The translations under genes were made by a program, and so were the position numbers. Shown piece after piece: positions 1 to 10,622 of a DNA stretch of 19,462 nt (the stretch's first letter is position 1; each line of letters opens with the position of its first letter). The stretch covers positions 1 to 19,462 of the forward strand of contig JAPDJO010000007.1 in assembly GCA_029259115.1 (NCBI GenBank), written 5' to 3'. The notes beneath the pieces were generated by a model. It worked only from the letters and a program-made list of their open reading frames with translations. It was not told the DNA's origin and did no database searches. This stretch comes from Thermoplasmatota archaeon. GTDB lineage: Archaea > Thermoplasmatota > E2 > DHVEG-1 > B18-G2.

Positions 1-300
1 GAGCAAAGAGAACGGAAAGAAGAAAATAAATCACATCGCTTTGAGATATTATATAGAGTGATTTTGGAATTTTGATTACGTTATCTTCCATCAAAGCTAC
101 ATCCCAATCAGATTTTTATATATTTTTTAGGAGAACTAAAATCGACGAGCAAATCAGTGTAAAGAAATCGCCATGTAAGTGCTACATTACAAACGATTCT
201 CATAGGCATTAATGATAGAACTATCCTAGCGGATTCATATCTCGGTGTGCAATCTACAATTTGGGGTGAGAAATTGTTGATAGTCTCTTAGAACTTGATA

Positions 301-314
301 GAAAAATTTATATA
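301..314 (+). promoter_or_regulatory. Archaeal BRE + TATA box upstream of hsp20
   Basis: Purine run GAAAAA (301-306) directly followed by TTTATATA (307-314), about 60 nt upstream of the hsp20 start; Shine-Dalgarno GGAGGT at 365-370. Confidence 0.7.
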
Positions 315-373
315 GAAGATCTTGTCTACTTATATTGTAGTTTGAGGTTCAATACAGTGGATGAGGAGGTGGT

Positions 374-952
374 ATGATGGTTGGAAGAAAGTATCCATTT
401 AGGAGAGACAGAGACGATTGGTTCGACGACATCTTCGATGACATCTGGTCAAGGAGATGGGGAGATATTTTCGATGAATTCGATGAATACTTCAGAGACA
501 TGAGAAGAAGGATGGACAGATTAATCAGGGATGCGATGAGCGGAAAGCTACCAGAGCCTGGAAAAGGAGGACCGTACATCTATGGATGGAGCTTCAGAAT
601 CGGACCAGATGGTAAACCAGTATTCCAGGAATTCGGAAACATTCCCCATGTGGGCACGGTAGAAATTCCAGGAAGCAGAGAACCTCTAGTTGATGTGCAG
701 GAGACAGAGGATGAGGTGCAGATAACCGCAGAGGTTCCTGGTGTGAAAAAGGAAGACATAGATCTGGAAGTTACAGGGAATACACTAATAATTAAAGTTG
801 AAGGCAAGGACAGGAAGTACTACAAGGAGGTAGAACTTCCAGCAGAAGTGGATCCAGATTCAGCCAAAGCCAGTTACAACAACGGAGTATTAGACATACA
901 GCTGAAGAAAGTAAAACCAAAAGCTAAGGGTAAGAAGATAAAGATCAAGTAA
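374..952 (+). CDS. hsp20: Archaeal small heat shock protein (Hsp20/alpha-crystallin)
   Basis: Archaeal Hsp20 pattern: GPYIYGWSFRIGPDGKP, REPLVDV, AEVPGVKKEDI, ASYNNGVLDI and C-terminal IxI motif (IKI). Start is 374 or 377. Confidence 0.95.
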   Translation: MMVGRKYPFRRDRDDWFDDIFDDIWSRRWGDIFDEFDEYFRDMRRRMDRLIRDAMSGKLPEPGKGGPYIYGWSFRIGPDGKPVFQEFGNIPHVGTVEIPGSREPLVDVQETEDEVQITAEVPGVKKEDIDLEVTGNTLIIKVEGKDRKYYKEVELPAEVDPDSAKASYNNGVLDIQLKKVKPKAKGKKIKIK

Positions 953-964
953 TCATCTCCCTAA

Positions 965-3169
<2,205 letters not shown>

Positions 3170-3170
3170 A

Positions 3171-4226
3171 TCAGGAATAGAACCTCCTCCCATCCTTTCT
3201 AACTACTAAACTTCCATAATTTCCAATAGATACATCACTCACCTCAACAAAGGGTTTCATCTCGATTTTTAATCCCTCCTCGTATCTAACTCTTACCCCT
3301 CTGCTTGATAGGGCTAAAGACTCATTTGTTCCATTATCTACAAATAATCTTAGATGAAAGGCATCCTCTATTCCAAAATTCTGATGAACCTCTGCCTCTA
3401 TATCTTTAGAGATACCGGCGCACTCCACGGGTATCCATCCATCTTTTCCAAAGCCAACATATATTTCAGCCCATGCATGAGGAGTAGCTATATACTTCCC
3501 ATTTTTCTCTTCAATCAGGTATCCTCTAACTAACCTAGATGGAATTCCCACGGCTCTGCATAGAGATATGTATAGAATCGAAAGATCATCACAATCTCCA
3601 GATTTTAGATTCAAAGTTTCCTTGGCTGATTGGGGAAGAGATTGCTGGGGATGATATACATAATTCGTGTTCTCCTTTAACCACTCGAATATACTCTTTG
3701 CCACTTCAAAAGCATTGTCAGAGATCTTTAAACTGTATGCGAGGTTCTTTATCTCTAAATCTGAGGGTTGAATCAAGGTTTTATTCTCTATGGATTGATC
3801 CCTACAATATTTCCTTTTGATATCCATACTGATGTTCTTTATATCCAGATATTTAGTAGAGTCTAAATCAACCAAGAAGGCATTAGTTTTTACAGAAACT
3901 TCAATTCCTATCTTTATGTTCTTTCTTCCATTTTCATCAAATGACCAAGTTATTATCCTGTTGCTTCCGATCTTCAAATCATTGTAAGAGTAGTTCCCTA
4001 TAACGGAGAGATTTGAAATGTATCCGTTTATGGGTTGAGGAACGAAGCATGTATAATTTACATTGAAATCACCCTTTCCACTTGAATTTATATAATAGCC
4101 ATACGATATTTTGTACTCCAGAGATATAGGCGTAGACTCATATCTTACCTCACTAATTATACTTTCAAGGCAGCCAGACATGAATAGAGAGAAAATTACC
4201 AAAATGAAAATCGCACATCTTCTCAT
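3171..4226 (-). CDS. Transglutaminase-like (Cys protease fold) domain lipoprotein
   Basis: GDCDD (Cys), RAVGIPSRLVRGY, PHAWAEIY (His), GWIPVE. Start moved from 4286 to ATG 4226 (MRRCAIFILVIFSLFMSGC: basic N-terminus, hydrophobic core, lipobox-like SGC), which overlaps the upstream stop as ATGA. Confidence 0.85.
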   Translation of the reverse strand: MRRCAIFILVIFSLFMSGCLESIISEVRYESTPISLEYKISYGYYINSSGKGDFNVNYTCFVPQPINGYISNLSVIGNYSYNDLKIGSNRIITWSFDENGRKNIKIGIEVSVKTNAFLVDLDSTKYLDIKNISMDIKRKYCRDQSIENKTLIQPSDLEIKNLAYSLKISDNAFEVAKSIFEWLKENTNYVYHPQQSLPQSAKETLNLKSGDCDDLSILYISLCRAVGIPSRLVRGYLIEEKNGKYIATPHAWAEIYVGFGKDGWIPVECAGISKDIEAEVHQNFGIEDAFHLRLFVDNGTNESLALSSRGVRVRYEEGLKIEMKPFVEVSDVSIGNYGSLVVRKDGRRFYS

Positions 4227-6037
4227 GCTATCATCTTCTTTTTTAATCTGTATCTGCATCTTTCTCTCATTGGGCATCTTATGCACTCGGGCTCCTCCTT
4301 GCAGAACTTTTCTCCTAACTTTGCTAGAGTTTGTAGATATTTAAAGGGATCCTCACCCATCTTTTTTGCCTCATTTGAAAGTATGGAAATGGTTTCATCT
4401 GGAGTGCTCGTGGATACCCATCCTAGTCTGTTTGCAACTCTATGAACAATTTCAGCTTTCTTTGGTTTTTTCTTCTCCTTTGTCTCTGTAGATGGTAAAT
4501 TACTTGGAGTTACGAGAACCATATTTTCTTTTACCTTTGCTGGCTTGTATTCAGGTATGGATTCTTCGCCAGATATTATCGCTACAGATCTACCTCCATG
4601 ATTTGTTTCTCTTATTCTTATCTCCACCATTATTGGCTTAGCAAGGCTCCCTCCTGCAACCAGAGCTACTCCTACCTGTAATCTTTGAATCTCATCAGCC
4701 GTATCAGTAGTAAGACCTTCAACAGATTGAACTATAGCTCTTAGATCGTTTGGATTCGTGACTTTGAGGATTATATGGGTGTTGCACTGGGATATAACGT
4801 TTTTATCAACCTTAGCGGGTCTTTGACTTACTACGCATAGACCCATACCAAACTTTCTACCTTCGGATGCTACTGTTCTCAATATAGGAGATGATACTGC
4901 ATTTCCGAATCCCCTCTCTGGACAGTAATTGTGAGCTTCTTCAACTATATACATGAAAGGAGGTATTATTCCAGCTTTTCTCGCATCAAACAACTCTTTA
5001 GTTAATCTCGCAACAACAATCTCCTGAATATCTGGAGGAACACCTTTTAAATTTATTATAGAGCATCTACCTTTCTTAACTATCTCTTGCGGAGATACAC
5101 CTTTGTCTGATAATATACCTGTTGAATCTAAAGCATCGAGTACGGTCATAACATTCCATTTTGCATTACTTTTAGATGCTGCTACCCTGTCTATTATATC
5201 TCTCAGCGTGTAATTCTCCTTAAACTCTTTTATTTCCTTTATGGCCTGATACAAAACACCTATCTGAGGTCCGGTCAGCTTAGCTGATAGAAGGTCGAGA
5301 ATCTCTCTAGCTTCTAGATTTAGCCCATTCAAAGTCAATCTTACAGATTTTCCTCTTTTTGGGATGGGTGAAAACTCTACTATCTGATTTGCATAGCCTT
5401 TAGGCTTTATCTTGAATCTACCCATTTGCTGCAAATCTTTCTTACTCTTGTTTGGTTCAGCCAGAGATACATACTCACCATGGGTATCAATGATAACAAC
5501 GGGAATCTTCTTCTTGAGTAATTCCTCAACTAGGACACCACATGCATAACTCTTTCCAGCCCCTGTTTTTGCCAGTATACAAACATGCTTTTGAACCAAT
5601 GTATCTATGGATAGATAAACTGGAATATCGTGACCTTTGAGTAAACCTATATATGCCCCTCCTTTCTCATCCGCATACAGTCCCAAAACATGTCTTATTA
5701 AGGATTCATCAGCTTTGTACACAGGTTGTCCTATCTCAAAAGGAGTCCTTGGAGTCTGTAGCAAACCCCTCTCATCTCTATAGCCTATGACCTCTGCCTT
5801 TGCTGACAGATCACTTTCAACGTACTTTGGAGTTTTATCCTTTCCGTAAAGAGCCTTTATACTCTCATATGAGAGGTCTGAGTATCTTTTGATATCAACA
5901 ACTTGAGCGAGAACAGAACCTTCTTTGTGATACACAGATATGTAGTCGAATCTCTGCAATGTAGGATCCTCTACTATAAAACTGAATTTCGTTGATCCAA
6001 CATCCCCGTAGATGAGGCCAGCCGGTTGTTTCTCCAT
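4223..6037 (-). CDS. HerA/FtsK-family ATPase with N-terminal HAS barrel and C-terminal EndoIII-like Cys4 module
   Basis: N-terminal beta-rich HAS-like region, Walker A AKTGAGKS, Walker B YIVEEAHNY, HerA motifs EGRKFG and SQRP, plus NPND; C-terminal extension with CKEEPECIRCPMRERC. Confidence 0.9.
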   Translation of the reverse strand: MEKQPAGLIYGDVGSTKFSFIVEDPTLQRFDYISVYHKEGSVLAQVVDIKRYSDLSYESIKALYGKDKTPKYVESDLSAKAEVIGYRDERGLLQTPRTPFEIGQPVYKADESLIRHVLGLYADEKGGAYIGLLKGHDIPVYLSIDTLVQKHVCILAKTGAGKSYACGVLVEELLKKKIPVVIIDTHGEYVSLAEPNKSKKDLQQMGRFKIKPKGYANQIVEFSPIPKRGKSVRLTLNGLNLEAREILDLLSAKLTGPQIGVLYQAIKEIKEFKENYTLRDIIDRVAASKSNAKWNVMTVLDALDSTGILSDKGVSPQEIVKKGRCSIINLKGVPPDIQEIVVARLTKELFDARKAGIIPPFMYIVEEAHNYCPERGFGNAVSSPILRTVASEGRKFGMGLCVVSQRPAKVDKNVISQCNTHIILKVTNPNDLRAIVQSVEGLTTDTADEIQRLQVGVALVAGGSLAKPIMVEIRIRETNHGGRSVAIISGEESIPEYKPAKVKENMVLVTPSNLPSTETKEKKKPKKAEIVHRVANRLGWVSTSTPDETISILSNEAKKMGEDPFKYLQTLAKLGEKFCKEEPECIRCPMRERCRYRLKKKMIA

Positions 6038-6074
6038 CTAATCGTGGTATTGAGAAGAGCTCATGTTTAAAAAT

Positions 6075-6857
6075 CTATCGCATTTTTCTATATCCAGCGA
6101 ATACCTCCAGAGCTTCTTCCTCAACAAAATGTAAATTTCCAGGAATTACTAAGGTATGGGGAGTATCTCCAAAGTCTATCCCCCTCAGGATCTTTGCAGG
6201 CGCAGCCCTTGCTATACAATCTTCTGAACCAGCTCTTGCTACACCACACATGAGCGTATCTTCTTTTATTATTCCTCCTTTGGCTTTCTCTTCCATCCCA
6301 AAAAGAAGGTCTATTCCTTCTTTTATGGTCATAAGTTTACCTTTCTCTCTGTCTATATCTAAAAGCACAAGAGTGTGTAATCCTCTGTCAAGATTTTCTT
6401 TTATGACATAGTATGGACTTAATGGGAAGTACTCATTTTCAGGATATGCTAGAGTTGTTGTTCTTCCAAACTTGTAATGCTGAAGACCTAGAATACCAGG
6501 AACAACTGTAATTACACTTACACCATTGATAACCTTGGTTTTTATCCTCCTTTTTTCAGCCTCTATCCTGAGAGAGACATGAGTTGTTGCAACCATAGGA
6601 TCTCCAACAACAAGAAAAGCAACTTTCTTTTCAAGAGCTTTTTCTATCAATATACTTCCATCTTCGACCTCTCTCCTCTCCAACACATTTATCTTTTTCC
6701 CAACCAATCTTTCTAAATCCTTTATCTCATAATCAGATGGTTTTGATGTGTAGAGTTCGCAAAAGATCACATCACATCTTCTTAAAACATTTAATGCCTT
6801 TATCGTTAAATCTCCTTTACCTAAGCCCATTCCAATGAAAATCAACTCTCCAGACAT
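6075..6857 (-). CDS. dph5: Diphthine synthase
   Basis: LIFIGMGL, ELYTS, GDPMVATTH, GLQHYKFGRTTT, GLHTLVLLDI, PHTLVIPG.LHFVE.EAL: typical Dph5 motifs. Confidence 0.96.
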   Translation of the reverse strand: MSGELIFIGMGLGKGDLTIKALNVLRRCDVIFCELYTSKPSDYEIKDLERLVGKKINVLERREVEDGSILIEKALEKKVAFLVVGDPMVATTHVSLRIEAEKRRIKTKVINGVSVITVVPGILGLQHYKFGRTTTLAYPENEYFPLSPYYVIKENLDRGLHTLVLLDIDREKGKLMTIKEGIDLLFGMEEKAKGGIIKEDTLMCGVARAGSEDCIARAAPAKILRGIDFGDTPHTLVIPGNLHFVEEEALEVFAGYRKMR

Positions 6858-6937
6858 GGTGGAAAAAAATTAGAAAATATTAATAATGGTTACTGCATAA
6901 CTAAATAAGGGCACTTGACAACTATCAGCCTTTGACC

Positions 6938-7183
6938 TTATTTTCCCTTTAAACTCTCGCTCGTGAGGAGAGTCTTTGTGTCTATAACTCCGGGTATCGC
7001 TCTTATCTTCTTTATAACGACAGACCCAACCTCATCAAAATCGTTAGCCTCTATTTTCGCTAGAATATCATACTCCCCAAACAACGGATATATCTCCTTA
7101 ACCTCATCTATGGAGGATATCCTATCAAAAACCTCCCTCTCCTTCATAGGGCTTACGCTTATCAGTACAAATCCTGTTGCCAT
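6938..7183 (-). CDS. Stand-alone Lrp/AsnC ligand-binding (RAM) domain protein
   Basis: About 81 aa from ATG 7183: MATGFVLI...LFGEYDILAKIEA...IRAIPGVIDTKTL, no HTH. ATG 7183 preferred over the ORF-track start at 7201. Confidence 0.88.
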   Translation of the reverse strand: MATGFVLISVSPMKEREVFDRISSIDEVKEIYPLFGEYDILAKIEANDFDEVGSVVIKKIRAIPGVIDTKTLLTSESLKGK

Positions 7184-7296
7184 ACTCTCAAAGAATAACA
7201 AGCAACTTATTAGATTTTTCTGTTATCCTCTTTGATTACCACATAAATTTAAGTAGGTGTATCTATTTACCAGATTCCCACCAAGGGGGAAGAAAC

Positions 7297-8106
7297 ATGG
7301 CGAAGGCAAAAGCTAGAGCTACCGCAAAAAAACTCAAGGACAAATGGAAGGCAAAAGTATGGTATAGAGTTTTGGCTCCTGCTTTATTCAATAATGTAGC
7401 TATAGCTGAGACGCCAGCCGCAGACAGAGAATTATTAATAAATAGAGTAACAGAAGTATCTCTTCAGGATCTTACCGGAGATTTCAGAAAATCGCATGTT
7501 AAGCTTTATTTTAAGATAGATAGAGTAGAGGGAACAGATGCTTACACTTATTTTATAGGCCATACTCTAACCAACGATTATGTGAGAAGACTTATCAGAA
7601 GGAGAAGATCAAGGATCGATGGAGTTTATGATGTTACAACAAAGGATGGTGCTGTTATAAGGGTTAAACCTCTGGCAACGACAGAGAGAAGGGTTCAAAC
7701 CTCACAGAAACACAAGATAAGAGAGATAATGAAGGAAGTTGTCTTCTCCTATGCAAAGGAAAGAACATTGGATGAACTCATAAAAGGTATCATAGAAGAT
7801 GAACTTCCTAACGAGATAGCAAAGAGGTGCAAGAAGTTCTATCCCCTGAGAAGAGTCGAGATATACAAAACAGAACTCATGAAGAGACCAACTACAGAGG
7901 AGAGAGCGGAAACCAAAGAGAAAAAGGAAGAGAAAGAAACTAGCGAGGAGGAAGTAGAAGAGAAAAAGGTCGAGGAGGAGAAAGAGGAGACGAAGACCAA
8001 AGAGGAACAGACAGAGAAGGAAAAAGAAGTTAATGAAGAGGTTGAGATAGAAGAGAAGAAGGCAGAGGATAAGGATAAGAAAGAGAAAGAACCAGCAGAA
8101 GAATAA
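7297..8106 (+). CDS. rps3ae: 30S ribosomal protein eS1 (S3Ae) with long E/K-rich C-terminal tail
   Basis: KDKWKAKVWY..LAP, RVTEVSLQDLTGD, GHTLTNDYVRRLIRRRRSRID, YPLRRVEIYK. Start placed at ATG 7297, downstream of a G-rich SD-like run (AAGGGGG). Confidence 0.95.
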   Translation: MAKAKARATAKKLKDKWKAKVWYRVLAPALFNNVAIAETPAADRELLINRVTEVSLQDLTGDFRKSHVKLYFKIDRVEGTDAYTYFIGHTLTNDYVRRLIRRRRSRIDGVYDVTTKDGAVIRVKPLATTERRVQTSQKHKIREIMKEVVFSYAKERTLDELIKGIIEDELPNEIAKRCKKFYPLRRVEIYKTELMKRPTTEERAETKEKKEEKETSEEEVEEKKVEEEKEETKTKEEQTEKEKEVNEEVEIEEKKAEDKDKKEKEPAEE

Positions 8107-8146
8107 ACTTAAATCTCTTCTCTCTTTACATGTTCGGGGAGTTTTA

Positions 8147-9496
8147 ATGGCTAGAAGCATAGTGATTATAGGCGGAGGAGCAGCAGGAGGTACGGCAGCT
8201 CAATTTGCAAAGAAGACAGATAGAAACGCAGAGGTTACGATCTTTGAGAAAGGAAAATATCCTCAATATTCCAAATGTGCTCTACCATATTTTATATCTG
8301 GCAAAGTCGAAGATGTCATAGAGTTTTCTGAAAAATGGTTTGAAAGAGCTGGAATAGATCTTTATCTTGAAACAGAGGTAAAAGAGGTAGATCTGAAAGA
8401 TAGAGTTGTGATAGCTGAAAAAAATGGAGAAAGCATAGAGAAAAAGTTTGATTCCCTTATAATAGCTACAGGCGCAGACCCAAGTGTACCACCTATAGAT
8501 GGTATATATGACGGTGAGAAGATCAAGAAAGGTGTTTTTTCTTTGAGGACCTTGGATGATGCCAAGGAGATTAAAAATTTTTTGAGAGAAGTCGAGGACA
8601 TCTCTATAATTGGAGCAGGATTGATAGGATTAGAGTTATCCGAAGCGTTCTATGAGTTAGGGAAGAGTGTAAAGATCATAGAGATCCTTCCGAGCATACT
8701 TCCCGGCATGATTGATCAAGATCTTGCAGAATTAGTTTATCAGAAAATAAAAGATAAGGTGGAGATATTTGTAAATCACAGGGTTAAGAAGATCAATGGC
8801 AAGGATGAGGTTGAGAGTATCGTTGTCGAGGGTAAAGATGGAGATGAGAAAGAATTTGATGCTGATATGGTTATCTTGGCTACTGGAATAAGACCTAATA
8901 CAAAAATCGCTGAAAGTATCGGATGCAAAATGGGAGAGACGAGAGGAATAGTCGTAGATAAAAGATCCATGACGTCGATAAAAGATGTCTATGCTGCTGG
9001 AGATTGTACCGAGTACAAAGATTTTGTTACAGGTAAAGCTATACCCGTAGGTCTTGGTAGTATTGGAGTGAGACAAGCTATGGTTGCTGGTGTAAACGCA
9101 GCTGGAGGAAATGCTCTGCTACCGGAAGGATTTCTACAAACAAGGACTACGCGAATATTTGATGTAGAAATATCTGCTGTCGGTCCTTTATCTAAAGAGA
9201 TAGAGAACAGTGTTCAAGGAAAATACTCAGGAAAAACCTTACCTCATTATTTCCCTGGAGGCGAAGATATTGTGATAAAGACGGTTATCAACAATTCTGG
9301 AGAGATAGTTTCTGCTCAAGCTGTAGGTGTAGGAAGCGCTTTGAGAATCAATACGTTCGCATGTGCTATCTATAACAAGATGAATGTTGAAGAGTTTGTA
9401 AAACTTGAAACAGCCTACGCTCCACCAATCGCACCAACTTTAGATCCTATGATAATATCTGCAGATATCGCAAGGTATAGGTATGGGAGGAAATGA
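8147..9496 (+). CDS. FAD-dependent pyridine nucleotide-disulfide oxidoreductase, CoA-disulfide reductase/NADH oxidase family
   Basis: FAD motif GGGAAG, single redox Cys in YSKCALPY, ATGA, NAD motif GAGLIGLE, YAAGDC, C-terminal YAPP. Confidence 0.88.
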   Translation: MARSIVIIGGGAAGGTAAQFAKKTDRNAEVTIFEKGKYPQYSKCALPYFISGKVEDVIEFSEKWFERAGIDLYLETEVKEVDLKDRVVIAEKNGESIEKKFDSLIIATGADPSVPPIDGIYDGEKIKKGVFSLRTLDDAKEIKNFLREVEDISIIGAGLIGLELSEAFYELGKSVKIIEILPSILPGMIDQDLAELVYQKIKDKVEIFVNHRVKKINGKDEVESIVVEGKDGDEKEFDADMVILATGIRPNTKIAESIGCKMGETRGIVVDKRSMTSIKDVYAAGDCTEYKDFVTGKAIPVGLGSIGVRQAMVAGVNAAGGNALLPEGFLQTRTTRIFDVEISAVGPLSKEIENSVQGKYSGKTLPHYFPGGEDIVIKTVINNSGEIVSAQAVGVGSALRINTFACAIYNKMNVEEFVKLETAYAPPIAPTLDPMIISADIARYRYGRK

Positions 9497-10622
9497 GGTA
9501 AGATTTGTACATCTTGCAGATACTCATCTCGGATACTCAGCCTATCGAAAGATAGGTAGCGATGGCATAAATCTTAGAGAAAAAGATATTTACAAAGCGT
9601 TTATCGCTGCTATTGATTACATACTGGAGAAAAAGCCTGACTTTGTTATTCACGCTGGAGATCTCTTTGACAGCGTTAGACCAACAAATAGGGCTATAAC
9701 CATAGCTCTGGAGCAACTTCTCAGATTATCTAAAGCAAGAATACCAACTATAATTATAGCAGGAAATCATGAGACACCAAAGTTGAAAGAAACGGGTCAT
9801 ATCTTCAGGCTATTTGATCATTTAGACTATATTTATCCAGTTTACAGAGGTGCAGAGAAAATAGATCTGGAAGTAGATGGAAAAAAGATATCGATACATG
9901 CTATTCCTCACTGCAGGGAGAAAGAAGATTTCTCAGAATCTTTAAAATCTGCAGCTCCAGATTCGTTATCAGATTACAACATACTAGTAACTCATGGAGC
10001 TATTCAAGCGATACAGGTATTCAAGATGAATGAGTTTAACGAGTATATAATCCCTATCTCCCTCATATCTAAAGGTTTTGATTATGTAGCTCTAGGTCAC
10101 TATCATGGGTTTACGAGAATAAAGAACAACATAGTATACTCTGGATCTACAGAGAGGATGAGTTTCTCTGAATCTAGAGAACAGAAAGGAATCGTTGATG
10201 TGAGGATTTCATCTTCCACAATCACAGATTTTATACCCCTACCAACAAGAAACATGATAGAGATAGGACCTATAGATTGTAAAGATCTCAAGCCCAGAGA
10301 AATCATTGAGAGGATAAAGGAAAAAATTGGAAATAGAGATTTTAGAGATTCTATAGTTAGACTCTCTCTGACAAATGTTGATCCTGCAATCTACAAGTCC
10401 ATAGACTTCTCTTCCATAAATAACATATTTTCAAGGGCTATGCATTTCGAGATAAGGCATTCTATAGGCAAGGAGCCTGAGCAGATAGTACCAACTGATA
10501 TAATGATAGCAGATTTGCTAACAGAATTTGAAAAATTCTTGCGAAGAGGAGATTACAAAGATAAAGATATATTGCTGGAGATCGGGAAGAGATACATACG
10601 CCAGGCGGAGGGAGAGGAGTGA
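9483..10622 (+). CDS. mre11: Mre11/SbcD metallophosphoesterase nuclease
   Basis: Motifs DTHLG, GDLFD, GNHE, TH and LGHYH, then YSGSTER; directly upstream of Rad50. Confidence 0.92.
   Translation: MGGNEVRFVHLADTHLGYSAYRKIGSDGINLREKDIYKAFIAAIDYILEKKPDFVIHAGDLFDSVRPTNRAITIALEQLLRLSKARIPTIIIAGNHETPKLKETGHIFRLFDHLDYIYPVYRGAEKIDLEVDGKKISIHAIPHCREKEDFSESLKSAAPDSLSDYNILVTHGAIQAIQVFKMNEFNEYIIPISLISKGFDYVALGHYHGFTRIKNNIVYSGSTERMSFSESREQKGIVDVRISSSTITDFIPLPTRNMIEIGPIDCKDLKPREIIERIKEKIGNRDFRDSIVRLSLTNVDPAIYKSIDFSSINNIFSRAMHFEIRHSIGKEPEQIVPTDIMIADLLTEFEKFLRRGDYKDKDILLEIGKRYIRQAEGEE

Noticed and set aside
1-75. Possible partial CDS at the left edge (minus-strand GTG at 34 giving MIYFLLSVLFA..., or a plus-strand ORF ending at 75)
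   Set aside because: Too short to choose between the two readings or to assign a product.
4223-6037. HerA as part of an anti-phage system (Sir2-HerA, HerA-DUF4297 type)
   Set aside because: No Sir2, nuclease or other effector is adjacent; the neighbours are housekeeping genes and the region shows no island-like character.
9493-9501. ATG-AGG-TAA mini-ORF overlapping the oxidoreductase stop, suggesting an mre11 frameshift
   Set aside because: An in-frame ATG at 9483 gives an intact Mre11 N-terminus, so no frameshift is needed.
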